NCBI GenBank assembly: GCA_001643675.2
Contig: LSRY02000049.1
Coordinates: forward strand, 310,001-374,000
Origin: Monocercomonoides exilis PA203
Lineage: Eukaryota; Protista; Preaxostyla
Direction: 5' to 3'
DNA: 64,000 nucleotides
The notes beneath the pieces were generated by a model. The model was given only the letters and a program-made list of their open reading frames with translations. It was not told the origin of the DNA and made no database searches. Made by a program: the position numbers and the translations under genes. Shown here piece after piece: positions 25,169 to 38,660 of this stretch; positions within the stretch are counted from its first letter, which is position 1; each line of letters opens with the position of its first letter.

Positions 25169-28086
25169 CTAAGAAAGAAGTGGTTGAGCCTTTGGCACGC
25201 CCATCTCCGAGTGAAGGAGCATCACTTTCTCCAGCTCAAGTTCTGCAATTCTCCTCTTTCTCTCAGCCTCTTCCGCCGACGCCCTGAGCTCTCCCATCTG
25301 CTGCAGAAGCCTCTGAGACCGCTCCTCTCTCTCTTTCTCTTCAGCCACCATCACTTTTTTCTCAGCCTCAGCAACCTTCCACTTCTCTTCTGCATCCCCC
25401 ACTTTCGCACTCAGCTCTGCCAGCTGCCGGCGCATCGTGTCCATATCTGCCTCCATCCGCTGCTTTTCCGCCTTCCACCGCTCCTCCAGCACCCTCCTCT
25501 CCTCAGCACGCTCCGCACTCTCCTCTTCAATGTGCTTCTGCAGTGTTATGATAAGCTCCTGCTGCCTGCGCTGTGTCTCTTCCATCCGCGCCTTGTCTTC
25601 CTTCAGCTGCTTGTTCTCGTCCACAACTGCCTCCACCGTCGACAACAGCACTCCAGTCGACGCTACAGCACCTGGCTGCCTCTGCAACAAGGAATCAACT
25701 TTGCTCTGGATGGAGCTGATGGTCGGAAGGAGCGACGAAATGGCAGGTGGTGGTGGTATGATTGTTGATGAAGAAGAAGAAGAAGAAGAAGAAGATAGAC
25801 ATGGGGAAGGGGATGAGGAAGAAGTGCTTTGTGAAGAAGAAGAAGAAGAAGAAGCTGACACAGAAATATTTTCAGATGTCTCATTCGCTGATGAAGAAGA
25901 CGATGATTGAGACATTAAATTTTGACCTTCTCTATCTTCAATTTGTTTCTCTTTCTCTTCCTCCTCCTCATCTTCTTCCTCTTCCTCTTCCTCTTCTTCC
26001 TCCTCTTCCTCCTCATCTTCATCCTCTTCTGACTCAGCCACGTTTGATCCCATTGCAGGCATCATTGGAGACTTTCCCTTCATCATCATCTGCCCCATCA
26101 TCATCTGACTCATCATCATTTGACTCATCATCATCTGCTTCATCATTCCTACTTCAAATGGATTCACCTGAGGCTTCGGAGGCTCCTTCTGCTGCAGCTG
26201 CTGCTGGATAGAAGGAAGAACCTTCATAACCGTATCCTAAAAGTTACACAGAAACAAAGGAGATAACATACATCACATACATATACATACATATATGCAA
26301 TCATCACAAATTTCAAATAAAGATAAATATAACAAGTTTCATGGTTTTTGAATTTTTAAAGAATATATAATAGAATAATAACAATGTTTACAATCACAAA
26401 CCAGAACATTATTTGCATTCCCTCCGCTTGCTTCTCTTTCTCTTTCTCTCCTCTCTCTCTCTTCTCTTTCTTCTCTGTCCCTTCTCTCTCTCTCTTCCCT
26501 GTCTCTTCTGTCTCTCTCCATCTGCATCTGCATCATCTGGATCATCATCATCGACATCGCTTCGCTTCCTCCTCCCCCTCCTCCAAAGTGCCCTCCTTGT
26601 GCCAGCATGCTCATCATCTGCTCCATCGCCCCAGCGCCTGCCAACCCTCCTGCTGCCATCCCCATCGCCCCACCAGCTCCTGCCCCTGTCCCAGCTGCCC
26701 CTGCCCCAGCAGCTGCCGTGCTTCCTCCTGCTGCAGCTGCTTGTGCTTTGTCCTGCCCGCCTTTCTTGATCCGCTTCAAAGTGACTGAAATTCTGATAGG
26801 CTCTCCTGGGATAACCCAGTTGGGCAGGTTCGATGCAGCTGACGGCTGAGTCATCTCTGCTGGTATTGTCAGCTTACGCATTCCATTGCGCTTCATTCCC
26901 ACAATACCATAATGAAGTGCTGATATCATATGATTATGTATTTTTTATTGTAATAATTAAAACGCATACAACAAAATATTTATTAATAATAAAAAGTATG
27001 TAAAGAAGTACAAAATTTAATAATTTCTGAAGCTCAAAAAAATGCAAAATCACACCATAAAATCCTTCTTTTGGATTTTTGCTTAGAGTTATCTTCATCA
27101 TGTTTGACTCTTCAATGTTTGCAACAAGCTCTCCTTGGATACCGTCACGTGACAGCTTCCATGCCTGTAAAATGATTCCTACAAAATCGCCCCAGGTAAC
27201 TGGAACACCTTTCCCTTCAAGATACTCTTGAATGATGCAAGGCGGCTCCTCCGCGCTTGAAGCTGAAGCTGCCGATGAGGGTGTCGTTACAGGTGATGAA
27301 ACTGTTCGAGCTGCAGTAGGAGTTGATGCTTGCACGGAAGCAGAAGCAAGTGAGCGCAGCTGATCTTTGATTGCTTGGAGTTGACCTGAAAAGTTTTTCC
27401 CTGTGGTAGTATCGGGGAAACTAACAGACCAAGCTTTTTGGGTCTTATCTCTAAACACAACAACCCTATCATCAGCAATCTTTTATTTTCAAAATATTTT
27501 TATTTGCAAATTAAAAATTTAATAAAGTATCAAATAACTTCTACGAAAACAAACAGTGGGATTGAAATCAGGAGTAATTTCTGTCTCTGAAAAACATTCC
27601 GTTGTTGCCCCTGTTCTTATAAGAACTAAAACGTAATATGGAGGTTGAGGGTTCCGAAGAATGCCAGCAATTGCCGTTCCTTGTGAAATATATTGTGTTC
27701 CATCACTAAAATATTCCAAAACAAAATATTAAAAATAAGAAAAATGATAAATATTTTTTCATACTGATAATGACAATCTACTTGACTGGAAAATATATAT
27801 TGTGGGGTGGCTTGAGACGGTGGTTGAGTGGCTTGTTGTGAAGGCGATGCAGGTGACATTGTGGGTGTTTGAACGCGAGAAGCATCCTGTTTTGGCTCTT
27901 TTTGTCGAGTGTACTGAAATGATATTGATTCAGATTTTTGTGGAGCGTGTGAAAAGAGCGATGAAAGATTGCTGCTGTCAGGAAGCTAAATACAAAGAAA
28001 TAAATTATAACATAAAATTCTGCAAAATAATGCAAATACAATCAAACTCCAGAATCGTTTAAAAAGTAATCTCGTCCTCCACTCAT
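25169..28086 (-). CDS. FKBP15: FK506-binding protein 15-like (WH1-like N-domain, FKBP domain, coiled coil), multi-exon
   Basis: N-terminal LSSLF..SFQYTRQKEPK (compare FKBP15 FQYTAPKQPK), QYISQG.A...FRDKTQKAWSVSF, FKBP-like GIVGMKRNGMRKLTIP, then IQSKVDSL and a coiled coil. Confidence 0.8.
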
Positions 28087-28187
28087 TTAAAGAATCAAAG
28101 CAAAGTCAATTATTTGATCTTGCCCAATATACATCTCTATTATTGATCAAAAATTCCATGATAAAAATAGATAACTCTTCTGTTTTG

Positions 28188-28930
28188 ATGGCAAAACGCA
28201 CAGCATTGCTGATTATTGATGTCCAATGTATGTAAAATGCTATGATTATCTTTTATGAGCGTTATTTGATATTTTATTTGTTTTATCAACAAGATGATTT
28301 TTTGGAGGGAGGTTCACTTGCAACAAATGATGCAAATGCTGTTATTCCAATTATAAATGAAATACGCAACAAGGTTCATTTCGATGATGTTGTTGTATCA
28401 AAGGATTGGTTTGGATTTCATCTTGATTGTTGTTGAATAAATAATCTTGCAAAAGGCATCCAAAAGGACATTGTTCATTTGCTTCGTCTCACCCTGGAAA
28501 GGCTTTATTTGAAGACATCACGCTCCCAGATGGCACTCCTCAAAAGCTCTGGCCAGATCATTGCGTTCAAGGATCACATGGAGCAGAAGTGCATTCTGAT
28601 CTTAAACTAGAACCAACAGATTTTGTCGTTTTTAAAGGGCAACACGCTGAAATTGATTCATATTCAGCATTTTTCGATAACGCACATAAGGCAAAGACAA
28701 CTCTTCAAGACCATTTGCAATCGAAGGCAATAACTGATGTTATTGTTGTTGGAATTGCATTGGATTATTGTGTATGCTTCACGGCAATGGACGCAAAAGA
28801 TCTGGGATACACAACGACAGTTGTTGAAGATGCTTGCCGTGGTGTTGCACCAGAATCAACTGCTGCAGCCGTTGAAAATATGAAGAAAAAAGGCATTAAT
28901 TTAATCAAAGCTGAAACCCTTTTGGGGTAA
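28188..28930 (+). CDS. pncA: Nicotinamidase/pyrazinamidase (isochorismatase family), 3 exons
   Basis: ALLIIDVQ|YDFLEGGSL, KDW|HPKGHCSFAS, LWPDHCVQGSHGAE, KG..DSYSAFFDN, GIALDYCV..TA.DA. An in-frame upstream ATG at 28158 is also possible. Confidence 0.93.
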
Positions 28931-29622
28931 ACTCATGAATTCTCAAAGAATCTGCAAGAACTGCGCATCTTTTGATTTTATAATATTCGATTGATTTGGT
29001 TTTTATTTTTTATTCATGCGATGACAATGTTATATGATTGAATTTTGGTATTCATTTTTCGATTTTTCATTTGTAAAGCATCTTTAACTCAAAAATAAAT
29101 TTTTCAATGAAAGATAAGGAAATTTTTTTTCTTTTCACAATCCTTTTGAGAAGGTTTGCGAATTTTGATACTCGTTTTTTTCTAGGAGGACGTACAGTTT
29201 TCGAATATTCACATGAAAAATTATCAGTTTGATAAAGAATTTGTTTAAACCTTCAAAGTCAACAATTATAACTTTATGGATGCGCTTAAAGTGGAAGAAA
29301 TAATTAAAATAATAGCATTTTTCTTAATTAATATCAGAAAAACATGTGAATTGGAATTATTTAGGTTAGAGAAGTGAAATAAAAGTAAATAACATTTTTT
29401 TTTCCAAAAAAGCATACAGTCTATTTCCCAAAAACAAAAACGTTCAAAAAGATATAATTGAAAGAGATGAAACGGAGATATTACAAAATGACTCTCTGCA
29501 AAATGACATTGGCAATGTGAAGCCAATTCTTTCACTTGCAAAGTCCATTTTGTTGGGGTTTTATTTGAAAATGAGTAAAGAAAAAGAAAGCATTTTATTG
29601 TTACAAAGTGAAAAATGAAAAA

Positions 29623-31374
29623 CTACCACAAAGAAGTCTTCTGGTAAAACCCTCTTCCTCTTCCTCTGTAAGTGGTGGTGTTTGTGTTTCCCCGTCCCAT
29701 TGTTCCGCCAGGCTGATTCTGCATCTCCCTCTGCAGCTCTCTTTGCGTCTTCTCTTTCTCACATTCAACTCGGAACTGCCTCTGCCTCGCCTTTGGCTGC
29801 GACAGTGGCTGCTCCTCCAGATCAAGCGCCAAGTCGTGCACATACTTCTGCATCAGATTCCGCTCGTCATCCAAATCGCGTATCGCCTTCATCTCCGCAT
29901 CCAGCCTCTTCTGATTGTATTCCTCATCTTTCTTGTCAAATTCTCTTTCTCTTTCGGTTCCTCTCTGCAAAATCTCTCTTTTCTCCTTCATCTGCTCCAC
30001 TTGCGCTCTCGCAATATCCAAATCTCTTTCGTGCCTCTTCGAAGCTTCCTCAGCCTCTTTCTTCTCCTTCTCCTGCACTTCACCTAAAATTCTTTCTGCT
30101 TCAAGGAAGTTTTCTTCCATCTCTCTTATTTTCTCCTCTCTCCTCCGCTGAATCTGCCGCTCACGATCCTCAATTACCTCTTTCAGCAGCTTCTTCCTTC
30201 CTTCTTCTTCCTTTTGCCACCGCGCTTGCTTCTTCGCCCACTCTGCCTCGTCTTCTTCAGCCAGCAGCCGTTCAAGCTCTGCCTCGTCTTCTTTGTCAGC
30301 CATCATCTCCGCAAGCTGCTCCTCCCTTTGCTTCATCAGAGCTGCTCTGTGTGCGTCTTTCTCGCGCTTGTCTCTCTCGTCTTCTGCCTTTTCACGCGCA
30401 ATAACGCTTTCTATGAACTCCAGCTCTTCCTTCTTCCTTTCACTTTCTTCTCTCGCTCGTTTTTTCTCCAAAACTGCATTAAACCGTTTATACTCCCTAA
30501 ATTTGATCTTTTTATCTCTTTCCTTTTCCAATTCTTCTTCTTCTGCTAATCTCCTTTTCATTTCCCATTGCTCTTTTGCCATTGCTTCTTCTTCTTTTCT
30601 CATACGATCATCTTCTTCTTTCCTTCTCCTAATTTCTTCAATTTGCTCTTTTCTTTTTTCAACAGTTTCAAGAATCATTTGACGTGCTTTTTCAGCTTTT
30701 TTTCTTTCTTCTTCCTCTTTCTTCTGTCTTTCTTCCTCCATTATTGCTTCCCACAAACGATCTTTTTCATCTGCTCTCGCTTTTAAAGATCTTTTTTGAC
30801 TAATTTGAAGAAGTTGATCGCTGGCAACTTGAAGTGCTTCGAGCTGTGTTCTTTTAGTGCGAACATCATCACTTTCATCTCTAAATTGAAAATAAAGTTT
30901 ACATTTTAAAACAAATATCAGCAAGACATTTGCAAAATAAGTTCGCAAACGAAAATTTTCTTTCCATCACTTTTGCAGAAGTTGCTCTATCCTCTGCTTC
31001 ACGCTGTTCTTTTAACTTAAATGCTCTATCTCGAATAGAGTTCATGCGAGATGCTGGAGTATCTCTCATTTGCTCAAATTCTTCAAGATAGCGGCGTTCA
31101 TCAGAACGGATTAATGAAGCAAGTCTTGAATGAAAAAAAATAATGAATAAATAACTAATCAATATGAAATAGAAAACATACGCCATCCTTCTTCGTTCTA
31201 AATCTCTTTGGCGCTCATTACGCAATTTTTCAACGTTTCTTTTCATCTTAAAAATGGTGATTTAATAATGAAAATAATATCTTTTCAAACTTGATTTCGA
31301 AGAATTTTTGCATCTGTACGATGTTCAAATTCTGTTGGTGTGTAACCAGTTGCGTGTGGACGTATCTGAGTCAT
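29623..31374 (-). CDS. CFAP53: Cilia- and flagella-associated protein 53 (CCDC11; trichoplein/TPH coiled coil), multi-exon
   Basis: EFEHRTDAKI, LERRR.ALASLIRSDERRYLEE..DTPASR...RDRAFKLKEQRE..FRDESDDVR, and W.KEEEGRKKLLKEV, followed by a long E/K/R coiled coil. Confidence 0.75.
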
Positions 31375-31478
31375 AAATTATAAACGTCTTTCTGAAAACA
31401 ATGGGACTGCTTAAATAAGATCTTTAGAACACCAAACTTTTTATAGGAAAAACCTCAGCAAGGCCTTATAGAATTGTC

Positions 31479-32051
31479 ATGATTGCATCTCGCTCGAAAA
31501 TTTTGAAGAAGAAAGGACAAGAGCCCAACGGACTCGAAATGTCGATCGCCCAAACCTTCTACGATATTGAGCACAGTGGCTCATCAATCAACAGGCGTAT
31601 TGCTCCTCTGAAAATTGCTGGAGCTCGCGAATTCATCGTTTCACCAAAAAAGAAGGCACTCATCATTTTTGTCCCCTTCGCTCAACTCGCGGCATATCGT
31701 AAAGTTCACACTCTTCTTGTTCCTGAATTAGAAAAGAAAATGCCAGGAAAGAGCGTTGTTATTGTTGCAAAGAGACGTGTTATCCCAGAGCCACCACGTG
31801 GACATAAATATTCACAACCAATTCCAAGATCTCGCACAGTGGCTGATGTCCAAGAGAAGATTCTTGACGATTTGGTTTATCCAACTGAGATCATTGGAAA
31901 ACGTATTCGTCATCGCGCTGATGGAACTCAACTTCTTAAAGTTCATCTCGGACAAAGAGATAAGCACGAGATTTTACATAAAATCGATACACTCGAAAAA
32001 GTGTATCTCAAATTGACAGGAAAGCATGCAAGCTTTGAATTCACTTACTAA
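31479..32051 (+). CDS. RPS7: 40S ribosomal protein S7 (eS7), intronless
   Basis: KKALIIFVP, LVPELEKK, PRSRTV..V.EKILDDLV.PTEIIGKRIR, VYLKLTGK...FEF; 190 aa. Confidence 0.97.
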   Translation: MIASRSKILKKKGQEPNGLEMSIAQTFYDIEHSGSSINRRIAPLKIAGAREFIVSPKKKALIIFVPFAQLAAYRKVHTLLVPELEKKMPGKSVVIVAKRRVIPEPPRGHKYSQPIPRSRTVADVQEKILDDLVYPTEIIGKRIRHRADGTQLLKVHLGQRDKHEILHKIDTLEKVYLKLTGKHASFEFTY

Positions 32052-32448
32052 ATCTTCTGAAGTCATAGGCGAGACTTCATGGTTGTGAGTTGTTTTCTTC
32101 TTTCAATTCACGATTTCATGACACAGCCTTGCACAACTCAATGATCATGATATCTTCGTTAATAGACATTTTTGTTTTTTAAATTTTCCTCTTCTTTATT
32201 GTGAAGGTGATTGTTTCAAAATGGTCTAACGTCATTTCAGGGAAATGAAGAGAAAATCACTCCTTACGTTCAAATAAAGTTTGGAGGAAGAAAAACAGTA
32301 AAAATGTTTTAATAAATTTTCATAATTTTGAAAGAAATTTTCTTGTATAAAAATTCAATTATCCTCAAAGCTATTTGATATATCGCAAATTTTGTGGAAA
32401 TTAGAATTGAGAATATTAATACCATAAATTATTTTTTCCGTTTTAAAA

Positions 32449-32868
32449 ATGTCTTTTTATGTTAAGCTAAGAGATAAGAAAGAGATAGTGATTGTTGAAT
32501 TTCAAGGTAACATAGAAGTTACAGCACAACAACTTGGAGGAATACAGATTGGAGATTTAAATTTTAAAGTATGTTGCTGTTCTTCATAAAATATTTGAAC
32601 AATGATAAAAAATCGTTTTGTTCTTACGCATATATTTTAGGATGACATCACTTTAAAAATAGGAAATTATTTGTTAACAGGCCAAATTATAAAGCTGGAA
32701 AAGCCTTTTCTTGTTCTTGAAAAAAGCGATGACTTGGAGGAGCATTTACCACTTGAAAATGAAAAAATGCCAAAAGAAAAATACTTTATAAAGTATATAA
32801 TACAACAAAAAATATTATTCTCAAAGAGACCTCGTGTACTACCTGTTGTGGAAGAAGAATCAACTTGA
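32449..32868 (+). CDS. CTF8: Chromosome transmission fidelity protein 8 (Ctf18-RFC subunit), 2 exons
   Basis: IVEFQG, IGDLNFK|..LKIGNYLLTGQIIKLEKPFLVLEK, IIQQKILFSKRP. Confidence 0.85.
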
Positions 32869-33605
32869 AATGTGAAAGAACATGATAAAGCAGACAACTT
32901 CGAAAAAGGAAAATACATTTCAGCATTGTTTCCCTCAACAAAGTATTTATTTAATTATTGAATAATTTACCATTTTTGGTTGAAATGTTTTTTCGTGATA
33001 TTTTAGATTTTTAAAAGTGCACTATTTTTTAGCTTTTAAGAATGATTTCGAATAATTTTGATTCATAAAAATAATGCATTCGCTAGTTCTTTCAATGTCT
33101 CGACAATCAATAAATAAACAACGTATGACTGTTTTAGTATTGGATTCAATTGTTCCTTTTTCAAAATCAACGAAAATTAAAAACTTCAAATAAACATAAA
33201 CTGCAATAAATGTTTTGAAGTGTGGGGAAAAAATTAAATAAAAATAAAAAGCATTTTCTTAAATTGTGAATGAAATCGCTACAAATGATAATAGCCGTTA
33301 AGAATAAATAGAAACGCAAAAATGTTCGAATACTCCTGAAAAGCACTTCGACAAATATTCACTGGCGTGAAAAATACACAAAAAAGAAATTAACAAAATT
33401 GTTATTAAAATATGAAACAGCAAATGAGATGAGAGGAATAAAATGCAAAGATGACGTCTTAGTTGCATTTATTTGGATTTTTGAAATTACATAGTTCAAT
33501 TCAAAAAATTTATGCATAAAATAAATAAATAAAAGAAAAGAAAGAAAAAGAAAAAGAAAAAAACTTTCTACAACAAATACTTTTTTGATACATGAAGAAA
33601 ATGCA

Positions 33606-36600
33606 TTAATTTCCATTACCAGCAAATCCACCAATAGCAGATGATGATGAAGACGAAGACGATATTGGTGAAACAGGCAATGGAGACAACGAAAACGAAT
33701 GAGACGGCCCCAGCAATGAAAGATTTGGATTGGCCATTCCATATTGAGAAGGAGGAACACCAACAGATTGAATAGGATATGATTCAACAGCAAGCGGAAG
33801 CTGTTGATTCAGCTGCTGCTGTGGCTGCTGCATCATACCCGGGCGTATCACAATCTGCCCAGGCTGCATCATCCCGTTGTCGAGAAGCGGCTGCATCTCG
33901 ATTGAGCGCCCGTCTCCTCCAAAAGTGCCGTCTGCCCCCATCTCCATGTCCATTCCCATCATCATCATCCCTGGCGCATACCCCATCAGCTCTCCATCTA
34001 CAAAATGCAGCTCCACTTCGTTCTCGTTCGCCTTCTTCTTCTTTGCTGCCCTGTCCTTTGCGTGGCACAGATGGCACACCAAAAACACTGATGTGATGAT
34101 CAAGCAGATTGCTGCACTGCCAGCAAGGAAAAAGAAGGCTGCTCTTTTGAGAACAATATCCATCAATTTTCCGCTGTCAAATGAAAACAAAAACCAGACT
34201 GAATCTGTGTTGCTCCACGATGTGCCATCGTTTGTTAGCGACACGCGGAAGTGCCCCGAACAAGCTAAAAAAGAAAGGAGTTAATGTTATCGTCAAAATT
34301 ACAAATGATATAATAATTGAGAGAAAAATGAAGATAATATCATATCAGCATTAAATGAAAAAATAAAAATAATAAAATAAAAAATAATAATAAATTCAAG
34401 TTAGAATTACACACATTGCATAGCTTCATCTGACACTTCGCATTCAATTGTGTTTAATTTATCGGTGGCTTTCAGATATTCAACTTCATCATTGTCAACG
34501 GAATCCAGCTTAACTCCGTTGATCAGCCTGCTGTTGGAAGGGTTGTTATAGCACTCCAAACGGCACAAGAGCCGATAAGGAAGCACAGCAGTTGCATGGA
34601 GGTGCATCGAAGAATGTGCAGTCACACTCAGCGCCGGGTGAGGAACAGTGTCCATCAGCAAAGGCACAGCTGTGAGCGCCGACGAGTAACTTGCCTGGCC
34701 TTCCTCGTCAGTAAGCGAAGTTACAGTGCATGTTCCGTCTTCGAAGAAAAACCACGCATACCGCTCGGTTTTCTCTTCATCCAAGAAATCGCCGAAGTCC
34801 ACGCGGTCTCCAGAAATAGTCCCAGAGTTGGCGCACTTCACGTTCAGCGGCACATCCGCAGCAATGCCAGGCGTCATCATGTTGTTCCTCACAGTGCAGT
34901 TCTCAAAAGCGAGAGAGCCTCCAATCAATTGAACAGCTCCGTCAGAGACGGAATTGAGCAGGCTGCTGTTCGAAATTTCGACAAGCGCATTGGCGAAACG
35001 GAGAAGGCCCATGTTTGACATCGGCCGAACACGTGTCTCTGTTGTTCGAAGAGGAACAAGTGAAGATGGTGTCAAAGACGAAATTGAATGAGATGAAGAG
35101 GGAGAAGACGAATGATGTGAGTCTGAATTATCTTGAGATGTCAAAAGAAACTTAAACAGTCTTTTTGCTCTTCCTTTAATCTCTTCTTTGAGCAAGTATC
35201 TTTCTTCATTAAACGAGTTCTGTTTCTTCTCATTCTCTTGGTGAACTTCCAATGCACGCTTGGTCAGCCGTGACAGTCGAGTAACACGAGACAAACGCAA
35301 ATGACGCAGCATCGACGAAGCAACACGTTTGCTCCAATTTTCTCTTTGCTTTGATTTCTGATGAAATATTGTGTTGTTTGGTGTGCGCATAGATTTAGCC
35401 AAAAGCGGGTTTTCATTTTTTGAATTTGACGCTCTTGTCAGTCTGTTGTGTGTGAGCTCACTGGAGATTTCATCCAAATTGAATTGCAGTTTTGAATATA
35501 CTGTCAACTGACGGTTGCTTTGGTACGATGGAAAAGCAGGCATATTTAAAGACAAATTCTTCATCAAGACATTTTCCTCCTTTTGGATAGCTTTCTTTGT
35601 TTTCAAACTTTTATTTGACTTCACATCTTGCTTGTGTATGAACTGGATGCCTTCTTCATCAATAACCGCATTATTGCTGCTCGACAACTCATTTGAAGCT
35701 GACTGTGGCATGTCCATTCCAGTTATGTTCGAATTTTCAATTTTTACTAAAGATAACTCTGCATAAATAAGATTAACAGCTGAATCAATCCCTCGAAATG
35801 CACTGTTGGCCACACGAATATTCACCCCAGTTGCATGCAATGCACTTGCAAGTGATGCTTCATTGCCGTAAAACGTGCAGCTATCAATCAAGTTCTTGAA
35901 TTGAGAGAAAGGAACTGGGTCTCGTATCGAGGCTGCAGTTATGTAAATCGCTCCGCCAAGCGAACCCGTCACTGAAATTTCAGTTAAAGTTGCAGGAGAC
36001 AAAGAAGGAAGTTCTGTCGAATTAGAAGATGAAGACGCTGAAGATGAATGAGCTGAGGAATGATATGAAGGGCGCTGATTAAGCTCACCCAACGCCAAGC
36101 ATTGGTCAAATGTTGAATGAGAAAATTCGCATCCCGATGAAATGTCATCTCTCACCACAGCAAACACAGCCCCACCACACGAGGCAGAACACTTTACAAA
36201 TCTGCATCGAGTGAAAACAACCGTACTTGAATCAGCTTCAATGTGAATGCACTTTCCGCTGAAAACATTTGGGCCAAGTTGGCAGTTGGTGAAATTGCAC
36301 GAATCGATTGTCATTCGAAAGTCGCTTGGAGAATCCGAGTGGTCAATGAGCATCAGTGGAGCAGGCGTCTGTCTTTCAATGTCTGTGAATGTGCAAGATA
36401 AAAGCTTGTTAATGTAATCTGTTGGATCTTGGCAATCCACATCATGAACTGAAATAATTGTCCTTTCGCAAGAAGGAAGATTCTTAAAGACACACATCCA
36501 GCAGAATATGGGGCCTTGGGCAGAAATCATGCACTTATTATCACCTTCATTCGATAGTGTGTTGCTATTGTTTGTTTGAGACGAATCATTTCCACTGGGA

Positions 36601-38660
36601 TTTTCATTGAGTTGATTGTGCGTACGTGAAATAGCTTCTGTTGAGGCTGATGAAGCTGGTTGAGCAGCCACACAAACAGCAACTTCTTTCATATACAGAA
36701 AAGTCCGCGAATGCACAAACACTAATCCTGGGGTTGATGCAGAGGCAGTTGAGTTGTACAGGAATTTGATTAAAGAAAGCTGCACTCCATTAAAATCGAA
36801 GAGATATTCGTCTGTAGTGCTGTCTTGTGTGCCTGTGCAATTCAGTGTTGTTATTCTGTCAGCCTGTGCTCCTTCTCCGCATCCAACGCCTATGATTGAG
36901 ATGTTAAATGACAGTCCATCTATCGCAATTGGACCAGATTGAATGGCAGACGCTGCCAAAGTGATTGTTCCAATGCCGAGGCTGGCTGTAACAAGAGTGT
37001 TGATCGAATCGGCAAGGTTTGTTGCGTCACTAATAATGTCAGATACCGAATTGAAAGAATAGCCGGTCAGCATACGATTCACTTGGGAAAAAAAAACAAT
37101 GAAGAAGTGACGAATAACTATAAAAACAATAAGCATACGATTTTGAGAAGTTGGAGGAGAAGTTTGAATGGGAGTATTAAGGCAAGTTGTGATACAAGAA
37201 GTGAAAGGAAAGCTGGAAGCTTCAGGAAATGGTACACCCATCCAAAAGATATCACTTTCAGTTTTACTTTCTGATGAAAATTTCATTATTCAGAAATAAA
37301 CGTGAAAAATAATGCATTCAATGCAAAATTTGAGAAAAACGAAATAGAAAAGTACTAACAAAAAGATATCTATTTTCTCTTTTCTTTCAAATTTTTCATA
37401 TTTTTTGTTTCAATGCAAAAATTATTCTTTCATCAGAAAATTTTTCACTTCAGTACACTTTTTATTCCTATATTAACTCATATGGACAAACCCATTGGAT
37501 GCTTAAATATGCAGTTAGTCAACGAAGAGCCTGATTCCAAATTTGCATCAAGATCAAAGCGTAACATCTCGCAATTCACATCATATGAATCCAAAAAAGT
37601 GACTCCAGACATAACGCATTTCACAGATGTTGCATTTGCATTTTGAAAACTTTTACTTAAAGGAAAACTCAAAGCCGTAGACGAAGAAGTGCTTGCTTCT
37701 TCGCTTCTTAGAAACAGCGAAGCTCCTTCTTCAGCTTTTGGAGATGTAAATTGAACATTATCTAAAAGCAAAATAAATGGTGATGTGATAGAAATATACT
37801 CCAAAGAAATATAAAGTGATCCTCCTTTCTGACTTGTGCATTTTTCAAAATAAGAGTCATTGATATTAACATTTGCTCCATTAAAAATGCAATGACTATT
37901 TAAGAAGATTGTTCCCTCCTTATCTGTATTAATATTTGTGAATTTGCATTCTGTTAATTGAATGGAACATGCATCTCCCATTGTTCCTCTTAGAATGACT
38001 CCACCTCCGTTATTTTTTGTAATATTTGAAGTGTTGAAATTTGTTAATGAAATACTAGTAATTGCATTACTAAATACAATGATTCCGCTAAAGCTTGGAT
38101 CTTCCACAAATGACAGTGGTTTACTAATTTCAAAACCGTTGACTGTCAAGGATCCGGACGTAACGGAAAATACTTTTCCAGTCAAAGGTCCTTCAACTTG
38201 CGATTCAACTAAAACATCGTTGTATGTAGCATCATTGCTAATTGCAACAAGAATATCATTCTCAGCCATAAATTCTAGCGTTGCGGAGTTGATATAGGAA
38301 ATTGCATTTTCAAAATGAAAAATGGGTAAATTTGCTCTCTCTGAATTCAATATTGAACCTTTCTTAAAAAAGACCTTAACGGTTCCTTTCACTATAAACA
38401 GAATTGCAATGTTAATTTTTTGTTAAAAAATAATTTTTCAAACAATTAAAAATATCTTTTGGAATCGAATAATTTCCATGGCCAACAAAAATCTCAATAA
38501 TTTTCGAAGAATCAAATTTGGCTTTGCAAATAGGATAAAACGAAGAAAATGGAAATTCCTCTGTTCCAGAATTTCCATTTGATCCGTTTTTGTTTATCCA
38601 AAAAGATTTACATGAAATTGAAAAAAAATACAAATGAAAAATAAAAAATAGAGTATTCAT
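33606..38660 (-). CDS. Type-I membrane surface protein (~1,520 aa, 5 exons) with beta-helix/PMP-like repeats, Ig/IPT-like juxtamembrane motif and low-complexity tail; no kinase domain
   Basis: Phase-consistent exons 38660-38444, 38391-37492, 37270-37139, 37081-34415 and 34264-33606 total 1525 codons. Signal peptide MNTLFFIFHLYFFSISC, GSNGNSGTEEFPF, GGSLY/GGAVF/GGAIY plus FYGN, VSLTNDGTSWS, and TM AAFFFLAGSAAICLIITSVFLV. Confidence 0.75.

Noticed and set aside
4205-32868. Functional clustering of SMC1 with CTF8, or RIB43A with CFAP53
   Set aside because: Separated by many unrelated genes; compatible with chance in a eukaryotic genome.
33310-33360. GTTCGAAT resembling a tRNA T-loop
   Set aside because: No T-stem, acceptor stem or cloverleaf around it.
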